Origin: Alphaproteobacteria bacterium
Lineage (GTDB): Bacteria > Pseudomonadota > Alphaproteobacteria > SHVP01
Assembly (NCBI GenBank): GCA_947473325.1
Contig: CANJEJ010000001.1
Span: 15,255-79,254 of the forward strand
Direction of reading: 5' to 3'
DNA: 64,000 nucleotides
This document shows, piece after piece, positions 18,799-29,410 of this stretch. Under the pieces are notes generated by a model, which made no database searches, had not been told where the DNA came from, and saw only the letters and a program-made list of their open reading frames with translations. Position numbers and translations under genes: made by a program. Position 1 is the stretch's first letter. Every line of letters begins with the position of its first letter.

Positions 18799-19767
18799 AT
18801 GCCGAAAGCGGCCGTACTGCACAAAGCGGGCGGACCGGACAGTTTTGTCTGGGAAGATGTGCGCGTGGGCGATCCAGGTCCCGACCAGGTGCGGCTGCGC
18901 ACGACCGCCGTGGGCCTCAACCTCGTCGAGACCATGTTTCGGTCGGGAGCCATCCCGGTCACCTATCCGGCAATCCTGGGTTTTGAAGGCGTCGGCATTG
19001 TTGAGTCTGTCGCGCCCGGCGTGACAGAGGTCAAGCCCGGCGATCGCATCGCCTATGTTTCCCCTCCCATCGGCGCCTATGCCGAGGCGCGGCTGCTGCC
19101 CGCGGCCGATTGCGTTCCCCTGCCGGACGGGATTTCCGATGAAACGGCGGCGGCCGGCTATCTCAAGGGCATGACAGCCTATTACCTCGTTCACCTGTCC
19201 ACGCGGGTCAAGCCGGGCGATGTTGTCCTGGTCCATGCTGCCGCCGGCGGCGTCGGCTTGCTGCTGTGTCAATGGGCCAAGCATCTCGGAGCCACGGTAA
19301 TCGGGACGGTGGGCAGCGATGAGAAAGCGGCACTTGCCCGTGCCCATGGCTGTGACCATGCGGTTGTCTACACGCGCGATGACTTCCTGCCTGTCGTTAG
19401 GGATGTAACCAACGGACGGGGCGTCCGGGCGGTCTATGAGTCCGTCGGACGCGACACATTCGACCGCTCAGCCGCATCGCTGGCGCTCGAGGGCATCCTC
19501 GTCGCCTATGGCGCGGCCTCGGGCCAACGTACGCCCGAACAGACCGCGAAATTTCCCACAGCCCGATACCTCATCGGTGCGACACTGCAGGACTATACCG
19601 CGACACGGGCCGAGCTTTTGGCCGCCGCCTCCGGCTTTTTCGACGTCGTTGCCAGCGGCGCCGTCCGGGTTACCATCGGGCAGAAAGTGCCCCTGCGGAA
19701 TGTGGGCGAAGCCCACGCCGCACTCGAGAGCCGGCGTACGACCGGCTCTACCGTCTTGACCGTCTGA
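18799..19767 (+). CDS. NADPH:quinone oxidoreductase family, paralogue 3
   Basis: 322 aa. MPKAAVLHKAGGPDSF, AAAGGVG, SRRTTGSTVLTV. Confidence 0.9.
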   Translation: MPKAAVLHKAGGPDSFVWEDVRVGDPGPDQVRLRTTAVGLNLVETMFRSGAIPVTYPAILGFEGVGIVESVAPGVTEVKPGDRIAYVSPPIGAYAEARLLPAADCVPLPDGISDETAAAGYLKGMTAYYLVHLSTRVKPGDVVLVHAAAGGVGLLLCQWAKHLGATVIGTVGSDEKAALARAHGCDHAVVYTRDDFLPVVRDVTNGRGVRAVYESVGRDTFDRSAASLALEGILVAYGAASGQRTPEQTAKFPTARYLIGATLQDYTATRAELLAAASGFFDVVASGAVRVTIGQKVPLRNVGEAHAALESRRTTGSTVLTV

Positions 19768-19791
19768 CCAGGGATCAGGAGTTCCGCGTCC

Positions 19792-20763
19792 ATGACCAAA
19801 GCCATTCGCATTCACAAGACCGGCGGCCCCGACGTCCTGCAGTGGGACGACATTTCGGTGGGCAAACCCGGCAAGGGCGAGGCGCTCGTGCGCCAGACCG
19901 CGGCGGGCCTCAACTACATCGACACCTATCAGCGCTCGGGCCTCTATCCCGTGCCGCTCCCCACCGTGCTTGGCAGCGAAGGCGCCGGCGTCGTGGAAGC
20001 GGTTGGTGAAGGCGTCACAGATGTGAAGGTGGGCGACCGGGTCGCCTATCACTCCGCGCTCGGCGCCTATGCCGAACACCGCATCATGCCGGCCTGGCTG
20101 CTCGTACAGGTGCCCGCCGAGATCGACGACAAGACCGCCGCCTCGATGATGCTGAAGGGCTGCACAGTGCAGTACCTGCTGAAGCGCACCTATCCCGTGA
20201 AGAAGGGCGACACGATCCTGTTCCACGCCGCCGCCGGTGGCGTCGGCCTGATCGCCGGACAATGGGCAAAGCATCTTGGCGCCACCGTGATCGGCACCGT
20301 CGGCAGCGAGGAAAAGGCGAAGCTCGCCAGGCAGAACGGCTATGACCACGTCATCAACTACAGCACGGAAGACTTCGTCGCGCGGGTGAAGGAAATCACC
20401 GGCGGCAAGGGCCTGCCGGTTGTTTATGACTCGGTCGGCAAGGACACCTTCCTGAAGTCGCTCGATTGCCTGCAGCGTCGCGGCATGATGGTGACCTTTG
20501 GCCAGTCTTCGGGTGCGGTGGAACCGATCCAGACCGGTCTGTTGTCAGCCAAAGGCTCGCTCTACATGACGCGGCCTACATTGGGCCACTACACCGCGAA
20601 CCGGGCCGAAGTGCTGGAAACGGCCAACGACCTGTTCGACGTGGTGAAGCGCGGCATCGTGAAGATCTCCGTCAACCAGACCTATGCCTTGAAGGATGCC
20701 GCGCAGGCGCATCGCGACCTCGAAAGCCGCAAGACCACCGGCACCACCGTCCTCACCATCTGA
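19792..20763 (+). CDS. NADPH:quinone oxidoreductase family, paralogue 4 (most QorA-like)
   Basis: 323 aa. AGGAG RBS, MTKAIRIHKTGGPDVLQWDD, GLNYIDTYQRSGLYP, AAAGGVG, SRKTTGTTVLTI. Confidence 0.9.
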   Translation: MTKAIRIHKTGGPDVLQWDDISVGKPGKGEALVRQTAAGLNYIDTYQRSGLYPVPLPTVLGSEGAGVVEAVGEGVTDVKVGDRVAYHSALGAYAEHRIMPAWLLVQVPAEIDDKTAASMMLKGCTVQYLLKRTYPVKKGDTILFHAAAGGVGLIAGQWAKHLGATVIGTVGSEEKAKLARQNGYDHVINYSTEDFVARVKEITGGKGLPVVYDSVGKDTFLKSLDCLQRRGMMVTFGQSSGAVEPIQTGLLSAKGSLYMTRPTLGHYTANRAEVLETANDLFDVVKRGIVKISVNQTYALKDAAQAHRDLESRKTTGTTVLTI

Positions 20764-20792
20764 CGGCAGCGCCAGGAACGGACAGCAGCATC

Positions 20793-22754
20793 ATGGTGAA
20801 CGGAGGCGTCCCGGGACCGCTCACCTGGCTCGGTCGCGAATTCCGCGACCGGCAGATGGAGGAGACCTTCCTCAGCGCCGCCTGGCCGCAGAGCCGCCGG
20901 CTGGGGCGGATCACCGCCTATCTCGCCTTCGGCGCCGCCATCGCCGGCGATATCGGCACTGCGCTTGACGACGCGGTCCATATCTCCCTGCCGGTCTTCA
21001 TCGCGACCCGGGTGGTGGCGCTCCTTGCGTTCTTCGTGTTGCTCCACGCCTTCATGCGGCCCGCGGCGCGCACCTACCAGGGACTGGCCGCGATTTTCGC
21101 CGCCCTGTCTCTGACGCTGGTGTGGCTGTCGCCGACGATCTTCGGTACCGCCACGCTGTCGGCACAACTGGCGGCGATGGTGGGCGCGATGCTGATCATT
21201 TTCGTCGTCCCGAAGCCGTTCCTCAGCACGATGGTGACGGTCCACGGCCTGATCGTACCCGCCTTCATCCTGGTCCTGCTGGCGCCGTCGCAAACCTTCG
21301 GCGGCAATCACCCCTTCAGCGTCTTCGCCTTCCTCGCCGCGATTGCGCTGACCGGCCTCTCCCTGATCCGGCGACTCAACGAATCCGCGCGCATCGGCTT
21401 TGCGACGCGCACGTCGCTGACCAGCGAACGCGACACCATCCAGCGGGCGGCGGAGGAGCAGACGCGTATGTTGGAACGCGTGGCCGCACAAGAGAGCGAG
21501 CTGCAGTCGAAGAACGCGCTGATGGAAAGCATCTTCGCGCATGCCGACCAGGGAATCGTCGTGATCGACAGCGAAAGCCGCGTGGTCGCCTGGAACGAGC
21601 GCTATGTCGAGATGTACGGCCTTTCACCGGAATTCATCCAGGCCGGCATCAGCCTGAGCGATCTCACGGCGCATTTCATTCAAACGGGCCTCTTCAGCCC
21701 GGACGCGCTGACGCCGGAAGCGCTGCTCATGGTGCAGAAGCCACAGGGCGGCCAGAGCTTTGAGCTGTCGCTGCCCGATGGCCGCTTTTTCGACATCCGT
21801 CGCAGCGCCATGCCCGATGGCGGCTATGTCTCGACGACGACCGATATCACCGGGCGGCGCCAGATCGAAGCGGAACTCGCCAGCCGCAACCAGTTTGTTG
21901 AAAGCGTGCTGCGCAGCATCTCGCAGGGCATCGTCGCCTTCGACCGGGAGAAGCAGCTCGTTGCCTGGAACGACCAGTATCGCGAGTTCTTCGACCTGCC
22001 GCCCGAGCTGCTGCGTCCGGGCGTCAAGCGGCGCACGATCATCTCCTATCTCACCGAGCGCGGCTATTTCGGCCGGCGCAATGTCGACGGCGACGCGCGC
22101 AAGCAGATCGACCTACCGCTGCCGGACCAACGCTTCGAGATCCGCCTGCCGGACGGCCGCGTGCTCGACATCCGGCGCGAGCCGCTTCCCGATGGCGGCA
22201 TCGTGTCCACCTACACCGACATCACCGAGCAGAAGCGGGCAGAGGACACGATTCGCCGCCTCGCCCTGCTCGACCCACTCACCGGACTCGCCAACCGCGC
22301 ACGCTTCGACCAGCGGCTGGCGGAAGCCATCAGCCATGCCAGCGAGAATCAGCGGCGCGTGGCCCTACTACTGATCGATCTTGACCACTTCAAGCCGGTC
22401 AACGACACGCACGGACATTCGGTGGGTGACGTTGTCCTGCGCCGCGTCGGCCGCATCCTGGCGCAGACCGTCCGCGACATCGACACGGCGGCACGCATTG
22501 GCGGCGACGAGTTTGCCGTCATCCTCACCCACCTGCCGGATACGTCGGTTGCCGAACGAATCGCGCAGCGCATCATCGAAACCGTCCAGCTGCCGATCCC
22601 GATCGATGAGCTGACGGTGGCGATCGGCGCGAGCGTCGGCATCGCCATTGCGCCTGACAACGGTTCGACACCCGAGACCCTGCGCAACCGCGCCGACGCT
22701 GCGCTGTACCTCGCCAAGGGCGCCGGCCGCGGCGTCTGGCGGCGGGCGGCCTGA
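20793..22754 (+). CDS. membrane-anchored PAS-PAS-GGDEF diguanylate cyclase, paralogue 1
   Basis: Track ORF 20466..22754 trimmed to MVNGGVPGPL (ATG 20793, after the qor4 stop). Multi-TM N-terminus, two PAS-like units ending DGGYVSTTTDIT / DGGIVSTYTDIT, GGDEF (RIGGDEFAV). Confidence 0.85.
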   Translation: MVNGGVPGPLTWLGREFRDRQMEETFLSAAWPQSRRLGRITAYLAFGAAIAGDIGTALDDAVHISLPVFIATRVVALLAFFVLLHAFMRPAARTYQGLAAIFAALSLTLVWLSPTIFGTATLSAQLAAMVGAMLIIFVVPKPFLSTMVTVHGLIVPAFILVLLAPSQTFGGNHPFSVFAFLAAIALTGLSLIRRLNESARIGFATRTSLTSERDTIQRAAEEQTRMLERVAAQESELQSKNALMESIFAHADQGIVVIDSESRVVAWNERYVEMYGLSPEFIQAGISLSDLTAHFIQTGLFSPDALTPEALLMVQKPQGGQSFELSLPDGRFFDIRRSAMPDGGYVSTTTDITGRRQIEAELASRNQFVESVLRSISQGIVAFDREKQLVAWNDQYREFFDLPPELLRPGVKRRTIISYLTERGYFGRRNVDGDARKQIDLPLPDQRFEIRLPDGRVLDIRREPLPDGGIVSTYTDITEQKRAEDTIRRLALLDPLTGLANRARFDQRLAEAISHASENQRRVALLLIDLDHFKPVNDTHGHSVGDVVLRRVGRILAQTVRDIDTAARIGGDEFAVILTHLPDTSVAERIAQRIIETVQLPIPIDELTVAIGASVGIAIAPDNGSTPETLRNRADAALYLAKGAGRGVWRRAA

Positions 22755-22761
22755 GCACGCA

Positions 22762-24354
22762 GTGTCAGATCGCGACGGGGGTCTTTTTGAAGACCGTATC
22801 TCGCGCCGCCTGTGCGAGTTTCACGATCCCGCGGTAGAACGTGCCTATCTGACAGATTCGTGGCCCAGCTACAGAACGCGGATGCGGAATGCGGTCCTGT
22901 TCTCGGGTGGCCTCGCACTTCTGGGAAGCCTGATGCCCGCTGTGGGTTTGACCGAGGTTGGTCACCTTGGTGCATTCATCCTGACCCGCATCCTGCTCTT
23001 TCTCGTTCTCGGCGTCATTTTCTGGCTCAGCTTCGAGGAGCGGGCCAGCCCCTGGGTGACCCGCGTGGTCTGCGCGGGCGTGGCATCGGGCGCGCTTGCC
23101 TGGATACTCCCGCAGGCCATCGCCGTCGGCGAGAGCGCTGCCGAGGGCCCCGGCGCGCTGATGTCAGCCCTGACGCTGCTCGTCATGTTGCCCATGCGCT
23201 TCTGGTACATGATCGCGGCCGCGACCTCGGTCGCCGCCGCGCTTATCGCAGAGGTGTTCGTGGGTCCGACGACAGGTGTCGACATCGAGTTCGTCATGGT
23301 CATGCTTCTCATCACCCTGATCAGCGCGCGCACGGTCATGCAGGCCAAGCTCACGTCACGCTTCCGCTTTTTCGCACGCCAGGAGCTCGACGGCGCCTTC
23401 CATGCCCTGCGCCTCAAGGAACTGGAAGTGAAGCAGCAGGCCTCGCACCTCAATGCCTTCATCCTGGCTATGGACCAGGGCGTGTCGGTGCTCGACAGGG
23501 ACCACAAATTTGTGGCCTGGAACCCCCAGTACGAGCGGATGTTCGACCTGCCCCAAGGTTTCATGAAGGCCGGGCTGCCGTTCGACAGCATCGTGCGACA
23601 TCTACGTTCCATCGGCTTTTTCGGTCAACGCGAGATGGACGAGCGGAGGCAGAACGCCATCGACAAGCCGCGGTCGGGCGACGCCTTTGAGCTGCCCTTG
23701 CCAGGCGGTCGCTACCTCGACGTGCGCCGTTCCGGCCTGCCGGATGGCGGGGTCGTCACCACCTACACCGACATCACCGAACGCAAGCGGGCGGAGAATC
23801 TGACTCGCCTTCTCGGCATGCAGGACCCCTTGACCCAGCTCGCCAACCGGGCCCTGTTCCTTGAAAACCTTGTCGCGGCGATCGGCGAAAGCGCCCGGCA
23901 CAACTTCCAGGTCGGGCTGATGATGATCGACCTCGATCACTTCAAGCCGGTGAACGACACCCACGGCCACCCAGTGGGCGATACCGTGCTGAAGAAGGTG
24001 GCCGAAATCCTGTCGGCGGCGGTGAGGGACCTCGACACCGTCGCGCGGCTGGGCGGCGACGAGTTCGCGGTCATCCTGACCAACCTGAGCTGGCCGGAGC
24101 AGGCCGACCTGCCGGCGCGCCGCATCCTCGCCGCCCTGCAGGCGCCAATGGACATCAACGGCCTTCGCATCCAGATCGGCGGCAGCATCGGCCTCGCGCT
24201 CTATCCCGATCACGGCCGGTCCCCCGACGCCTTGATTGCCAAAGCCGACGAGGCGCTATATGCGGCCAAGGCTGCCGGGCGCAACTGCATCCGACATGCC
24301 GGTGATACCGCCGTCACCGCACGCCCATCCGGCGCCACCCGAGCCCGCTCCTAG
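22762..24354 (+). CDS. membrane-anchored PAS-GGDEF diguanylate cyclase, paralogue 2
   Basis: GTG at 22762 chosen (start uncertain). N-terminus parallels paralogue 1 (CEFHDPAVERAYL vs REFRDRQMEETFL). One PAS unit (DGGVVTTYTDIT), GGDEF (RLGGDEFAV). Confidence 0.8.
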   Translation: MSDRDGGLFEDRISRRLCEFHDPAVERAYLTDSWPSYRTRMRNAVLFSGGLALLGSLMPAVGLTEVGHLGAFILTRILLFLVLGVIFWLSFEERASPWVTRVVCAGVASGALAWILPQAIAVGESAAEGPGALMSALTLLVMLPMRFWYMIAAATSVAAALIAEVFVGPTTGVDIEFVMVMLLITLISARTVMQAKLTSRFRFFARQELDGAFHALRLKELEVKQQASHLNAFILAMDQGVSVLDRDHKFVAWNPQYERMFDLPQGFMKAGLPFDSIVRHLRSIGFFGQREMDERRQNAIDKPRSGDAFELPLPGGRYLDVRRSGLPDGGVVTTYTDITERKRAENLTRLLGMQDPLTQLANRALFLENLVAAIGESARHNFQVGLMMIDLDHFKPVNDTHGHPVGDTVLKKVAEILSAAVRDLDTVARLGGDEFAVILTNLSWPEQADLPARRILAALQAPMDINGLRIQIGGSIGLALYPDHGRSPDALIAKADEALYAAKAAGRNCIRHAGDTAVTARPSGATRARS

Positions 24355-24836
24355 TTCGTCGCCTTGTGCCCGGCGTGGTCCGGTTCTGTGGCGCCGACAG
24401 TCTCGACTGACAGCTCCACATCGACGTTGCCCGCCTTTTCGAAGCGCAGGGTCAGGGGCACGCGCATCCCCACCCGGATCGGCGCCTTCAGACCCAGCAG
24501 CATGATGTGCAGCCCGCCCGGCTTGAGTACCGCGGATTCACCGGGCGGCACTTCAATGGCCTGGACGGGACGCATGCGCATCACGTCGCCGTCCATCTGG
24601 TGCGTGTGCAGCTCGGCCTTGTCGGCCGCGGGCGATGAAGCGCCGACCAGGCGATCAATCTCGGCGCCCGTGTTCGTGACGGAAAGATAGGCGGAGCCGG
24701 TCTTGCCCGGCGTCACGCGGGTCCAGGGATGCCCGACCTGCAGACTGCCCAGCTTGTATTCGTTCGCCGAGGCCGAGCCGGCGCATAGTGCGACGGTGAC
24801 AGCGGCGACAGTCCAGAATTTACGCAGCATGGTCAT
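24351..24836 (-). CDS. periplasmic copper chaperone PCu(A)C (DUF461)
   Basis: 161 aa. Signal peptide, then GHPWTR...AYLSVTN...HTHQMDGDVMRM (H-x-M-rich Cu site). Confidence 0.85.
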   Translation of the reverse strand: MTMLRKFWTVAAVTVALCAGSASANEYKLGSLQVGHPWTRVTPGKTGSAYLSVTNTGAEIDRLVGASSPAADKAELHTHQMDGDVMRMRPVQAIEVPPGESAVLKPGGLHIMLLGLKAPIRVGMRVPLTLRFEKAGNVDVELSVETVGATEPDHAGHKATN

Positions 24837-24929
24837 AATCCTTCCTCTGGGAGAAGGCTACTACCACGACCGCGGGACTCTGCGGCGGGCCGGCTCAGGG
24901 TGCAACACGCCCAACCTGCGCTCCAACCA

Positions 24930-26186
<1,257 letters not shown>

Positions 26187-26408
26187 GGGCGTGCGTGGGG
26201 ATCAACAGAAGGAAGGGAACGGGGAAAACCTGCCGGACGGGGTACTCGGGAAAAACGGCGGACGGCGCGTCCGGTTCTTCTGTCGGCGGGTTTGTCGGGG
26301 GAATCCCGCTCGGGCGGGATCGGTTGGTTGCCGAAGGATCGGCGAAAACTCCGTGCCTGTCAAATGACCGTTGATCGGTCGGATTTCAAGCCGGGTAATT
26401 GACGCCGC

Positions 26409-26858
26409 TCAGAACGGCTTCACGATCACCATGATGACGATGACGATCGCGAGCACCATCGGCAGTTCGTTCGCCAGCCGGAAGGTCCGCGCCGGCCGCG
26501 AGTTGCGGTCGGCGGCAAAGTCCTTCTGCCATTTGGCGAAGTTCCCGTGCAACGCGCCCAACCCGCCGACGCAGACCAGCTTCAACCATATCCAGCCACT
26601 CGACCAGTCGATGGGCGCAATCCATAGCAGCAAGGCACCAAGGACGAAGACCGCGATCATCGCTGGATTGATGATGCCCTTGAGCAGCCGGCGCTCCATC
26701 ACCTTGAAGGTTTCCGACTGCGGCGAGCCCGTGGGCACCCCGGCGTGATAGACGAACAAGCGGGGCAGGTAGAGCATCCCCGCCATCCAGGCAATCACCG
26801 CGATCAGGTGCAGGGCCTTGATCCACGGGTAGAGCGCAGAAACCCAGTCCATCGTCAC
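26409..26858 (-). CDS. hemJ: Protoporphyrinogen IX oxidase HemJ
   Basis: 149 aa. WIKALHLIAVIAWMAGMLYLPRLFVYH is the HemJ signature; next to hemH/hemE. Confidence 0.85.
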   Translation of the reverse strand: MTMDWVSALYPWIKALHLIAVIAWMAGMLYLPRLFVYHAGVPTGSPQSETFKVMERRLLKGIINPAMIAVFVLGALLLWIAPIDWSSGWIWLKLVCVGGLGALHGNFAKWQKDFAADRNSRPARTFRLANELPMVLAIVIVIMVIVKPF

Positions 26859-26865
26859 ATCCTAG

Positions 26866-27909
26866 TCAGGCGGCCGGGCAGGCGTGCCGGTCGGCGGGGC
26901 ACAGGCGGTCGCCCGTCAAGCTGCAGGGCCGCGCGCCGGTGGGGCTCAGCGCGCTGCGCGCCAGTCCGGCAAGCCCGGCGATGAAGGCCGGATGATCACC
27001 CAGCGCCGGCACGCGGACGTAGACGGGCACGCCACTCTCCCGCGCTAGCCGGGCATAGTCGCGGTCGAGCTCGACCAGCGTTTCCGAATGTTCCGACACG
27101 AAGGCGACGGGCAGCACCACCAGTGGCACGCCATCGGCGCCGGCCTGGCGGATCTCCGCCTCAGCATAGGGACCCAGCCATTCCAGACGCCCAACCCGGC
27201 TCTGATAGCAGACGCGCCAGCTGCCCGTCGTAAGGCCAGCCGCTGCTGCAATGGCCTCTGCGCCGCGCTCGACCTGCCAGGCATAGGGATCGCCACCTTG
27301 TGTCACGATCCGCTTTGGCAGACCATGGGCTGAGAACAGGATGCGGGGCTCCTGCCCGCCGGCAGCACGGGCCTCGGCCACGGCCTTTCGCAATAGCGCC
27401 GCGTATCCCCCGACAAAGCCCGGTTCATCCGGATAGCAGCACAGGGCCGATGTCGGAACCTGCAGCCCGATTTTTCCGGCCGCCCGATGCCAGTCAGCCA
27501 GCGACGACTGTGTTGTGGTCGAGGAAAATTGCGGATAGAGCGGCAGCAGCACGATACGGTCGGGCTTCCAGGCTGCCACCTCGCGCGCGACCTCGTCAGC
27601 GAAGGGATGCCAATACCGCATGACGACAAAGCTGCGCCAGGTGTGGCTTGGTTCTGCCAAGGCTTGATCGAGCGCCGCTGCCTGCTTCCGCGTTTCCGGC
27701 AGCAATGGCGAACGACCACCCAATTCCGCGTAGATCTTCTGTGCCACCGGCGTGCGGCTTGTTGCGATGTAGCGCGCCAGCAGGGGTCGCAATGGCCAGG
27801 GCAGGCGAATGATCGCCGGATCACTGAACAGGTTGGTCAGGAACCCTTTGACGGCCTCGGGCGAATCCGGGCCGCCGAGATTGAACAGAACCACGGCATG
27901 GCGGGCCAT
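26866..27909 (-). CDS. hemH: Ferrochelatase
   Basis: 347 aa. VVLFNLGGPDSPEAVKGFLTNLFSDP, ILFSAHGLP, FVSEHSETLVELD. Confidence 0.95.
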   Translation of the reverse strand: MARHAVVLFNLGGPDSPEAVKGFLTNLFSDPAIIRLPWPLRPLLARYIATSRTPVAQKIYAELGGRSPLLPETRKQAAALDQALAEPSHTWRSFVVMRYWHPFADEVAREVAAWKPDRIVLLPLYPQFSSTTTQSSLADWHRAAGKIGLQVPTSALCCYPDEPGFVGGYAALLRKAVAEARAAGGQEPRILFSAHGLPKRIVTQGGDPYAWQVERGAEAIAAAAGLTTGSWRVCYQSRVGRLEWLGPYAEAEIRQAGADGVPLVVLPVAFVSEHSETLVELDRDYARLARESGVPVYVRVPALGDHPAFIAGLAGLARSALSPTGARPCSLTGDRLCPADRHACPAA

Positions 27910-27912
27910 GGT

Positions 27913-28959
27913 TCAGCCGCGCCAGCTGCGCACGATCTCGGCCAGCTCCGCGACATGTTCCGGCGGGGTCTGCGGCAGGATGCCGTGGCCCAGGTTGAAG
28001 ATGTAGCGACTGCCGCCCAGCGCGCCGAGAATCCGTTCGATCTCGGCCTGCATCGCCTGACCGCCCGTCACCAGCATCATCGGATCTAGGTTGCCCTGCA
28101 GGATGCAGGTCGGTTGCAGCCATTCGGCCGCCCAATGCGCGGGCACGAATGGATCGAGGCTGACGCCATCGACACCCGTCTCGCTGATGTAGTCGGCCAG
28201 CATCATGCCGGCGCCGCGCGGGAAGCCCATGATTGGCACGTGCGGATAGCGGGCGCGGACGCGGCTGACGATGCGCCGTGTCGGCTCGATGCAGAAGCGG
28301 CGAAAGGCAAATTCCGGCAGCGCACCGGCCCAGGTGTCGAACAGCTGGATAACCTCGGCGCCTGCCTCGATCTGGGCGAGAAGGTAGTGCGACGTCGAAT
28401 CGACCAGCTTTTCCATGAGCTGACGAAAACCGTTTTCGTCGCCGTACGCCCAGGCCTTCGTGTGTTCGAAATTGCGGGAACTGCCGCCTTCGACCATGTA
28501 GGTCGCCACCGTCCAGGGCGCGCCGGCAAAGCCGATCAGCGCGACATCGGCCGGCAACTCCCGGCGCAGGTTGCGCACCGTCTGCATGACCGGCGCCAGC
28601 ACCTCGTCCACCCGGCTGACATCGAGCTTGCCCAGGTCCTCGCTTCGCCGGATCGGCTCCAGCACCGGCCCCTCACCTTCGACAAAGGCAAGCTTCTGCC
28701 CCATGCCGAAGGGAATCAGCAGGATGTCGGCGAAGAGGATGGCCGCATCGGGGTGATAGCGCCGGATCGGCTGCAAGGTCACTTCCGTGGCAAGATCGGG
28801 CGTCAGGCAGAGGGACAGGAAATCCTTCGTCTGCTTCCGCACGGCACGATATTCGGGCAGGTAGCGGCCTGCCTGGCGCATTAGCCAGAACGGCAGGGGC
28901 CGTACGGATTCACCCGCCAGAACACGCAGCAGGGGCTTCTCAGTCTGAAGGACGGTCAC
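27913..28959 (-). CDS. hemE: Uroporphyrinogen decarboxylase
   Basis: 348 aa. PFWLMRQAGRYLPEYR signature. Confidence 0.97.
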   Translation of the reverse strand: MTVLQTEKPLLRVLAGESVRPLPFWLMRQAGRYLPEYRAVRKQTKDFLSLCLTPDLATEVTLQPIRRYHPDAAILFADILLIPFGMGQKLAFVEGEGPVLEPIRRSEDLGKLDVSRVDEVLAPVMQTVRNLRRELPADVALIGFAGAPWTVATYMVEGGSSRNFEHTKAWAYGDENGFRQLMEKLVDSTSHYLLAQIEAGAEVIQLFDTWAGALPEFAFRRFCIEPTRRIVSRVRARYPHVPIMGFPRGAGMMLADYISETGVDGVSLDPFVPAHWAAEWLQPTCILQGNLDPMMLVTGGQAMQAEIERILGALGGSRYIFNLGHGILPQTPPEHVAELAEIVRSWRG

Positions 28960-29410
28960 GCCGAATCTTTCCGGGCCGGCGAAGCAGGTCTCCGCGTCTC
29001 AGGTTCAGCCCTACCTCTTCTTATAAGGAAGTAAAGAATCTGGTGGTAGTGGTAGTTGGTGGGTGCAAAAGCGGGGATTATTGCCCTGTCCCGAAGCTGT
29101 CCTTTCCTCGGAGAAACACGCTGTGAATCCCGGACAGTTGCGGACAAGAGACAGAAAAGCGTCAGATTCCCTGATTTTATTGCTGTGTGAATCACGAGGA
29201 ACATCGGGACAGAAGGCCGGACCGGAAACCGTCCCCAGCCAAACTCCCGTCTTTCACAGTCCGGTATGCGGTTTGCCCCCAGCGGATGACAGGGGGTTGG
29301 CGGAATCGGTGGTCGGGGATCGATTGGGCGTCAGGCCGATGGCCTGTTAATACTGTCGCCCTTGCCCCACTTCCATCCACAGGATGCTGGGGATACTTCT
29401 GGGTTCCTCA
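28960..29410. other. putative chromosomal replication origin (oriC) between hemE and the DUF299/RP001-like gene
   Basis: Largest non-coding gap in the window and visibly AT-richer. DnaA-box-like 9-mers: TGATTCACA (29186-29194, minus), TCTTTCACA (29250-29258), CCATCCACA (29373-29381), GGATTCACA (29122-29130, minus). Five GANTC sites. Flanking genes diverge. Same hemE/RP001 context as Caulobacter Cori. Confidence 0.6.

Noticed and set aside
20466-20792. 5' extension of the first GGDEF ORF overlapping the end of qor paralogue 4
   Set aside because: The extension is Arg/Pro-rich out-of-frame read-through of qor4. A proper ATG at 20793 lies just after the qor4 stop.
28960-29410. Search for CtrA boxes (TTAA-N7-TTAA) and a perfect TTATCCACA DnaA box in the putative origin
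   Set aside because: None was found by eye, only 7/9-8/9 DnaA-box variants. I therefore do not annotate individual boxes as features and keep the origin call at moderate confidence.
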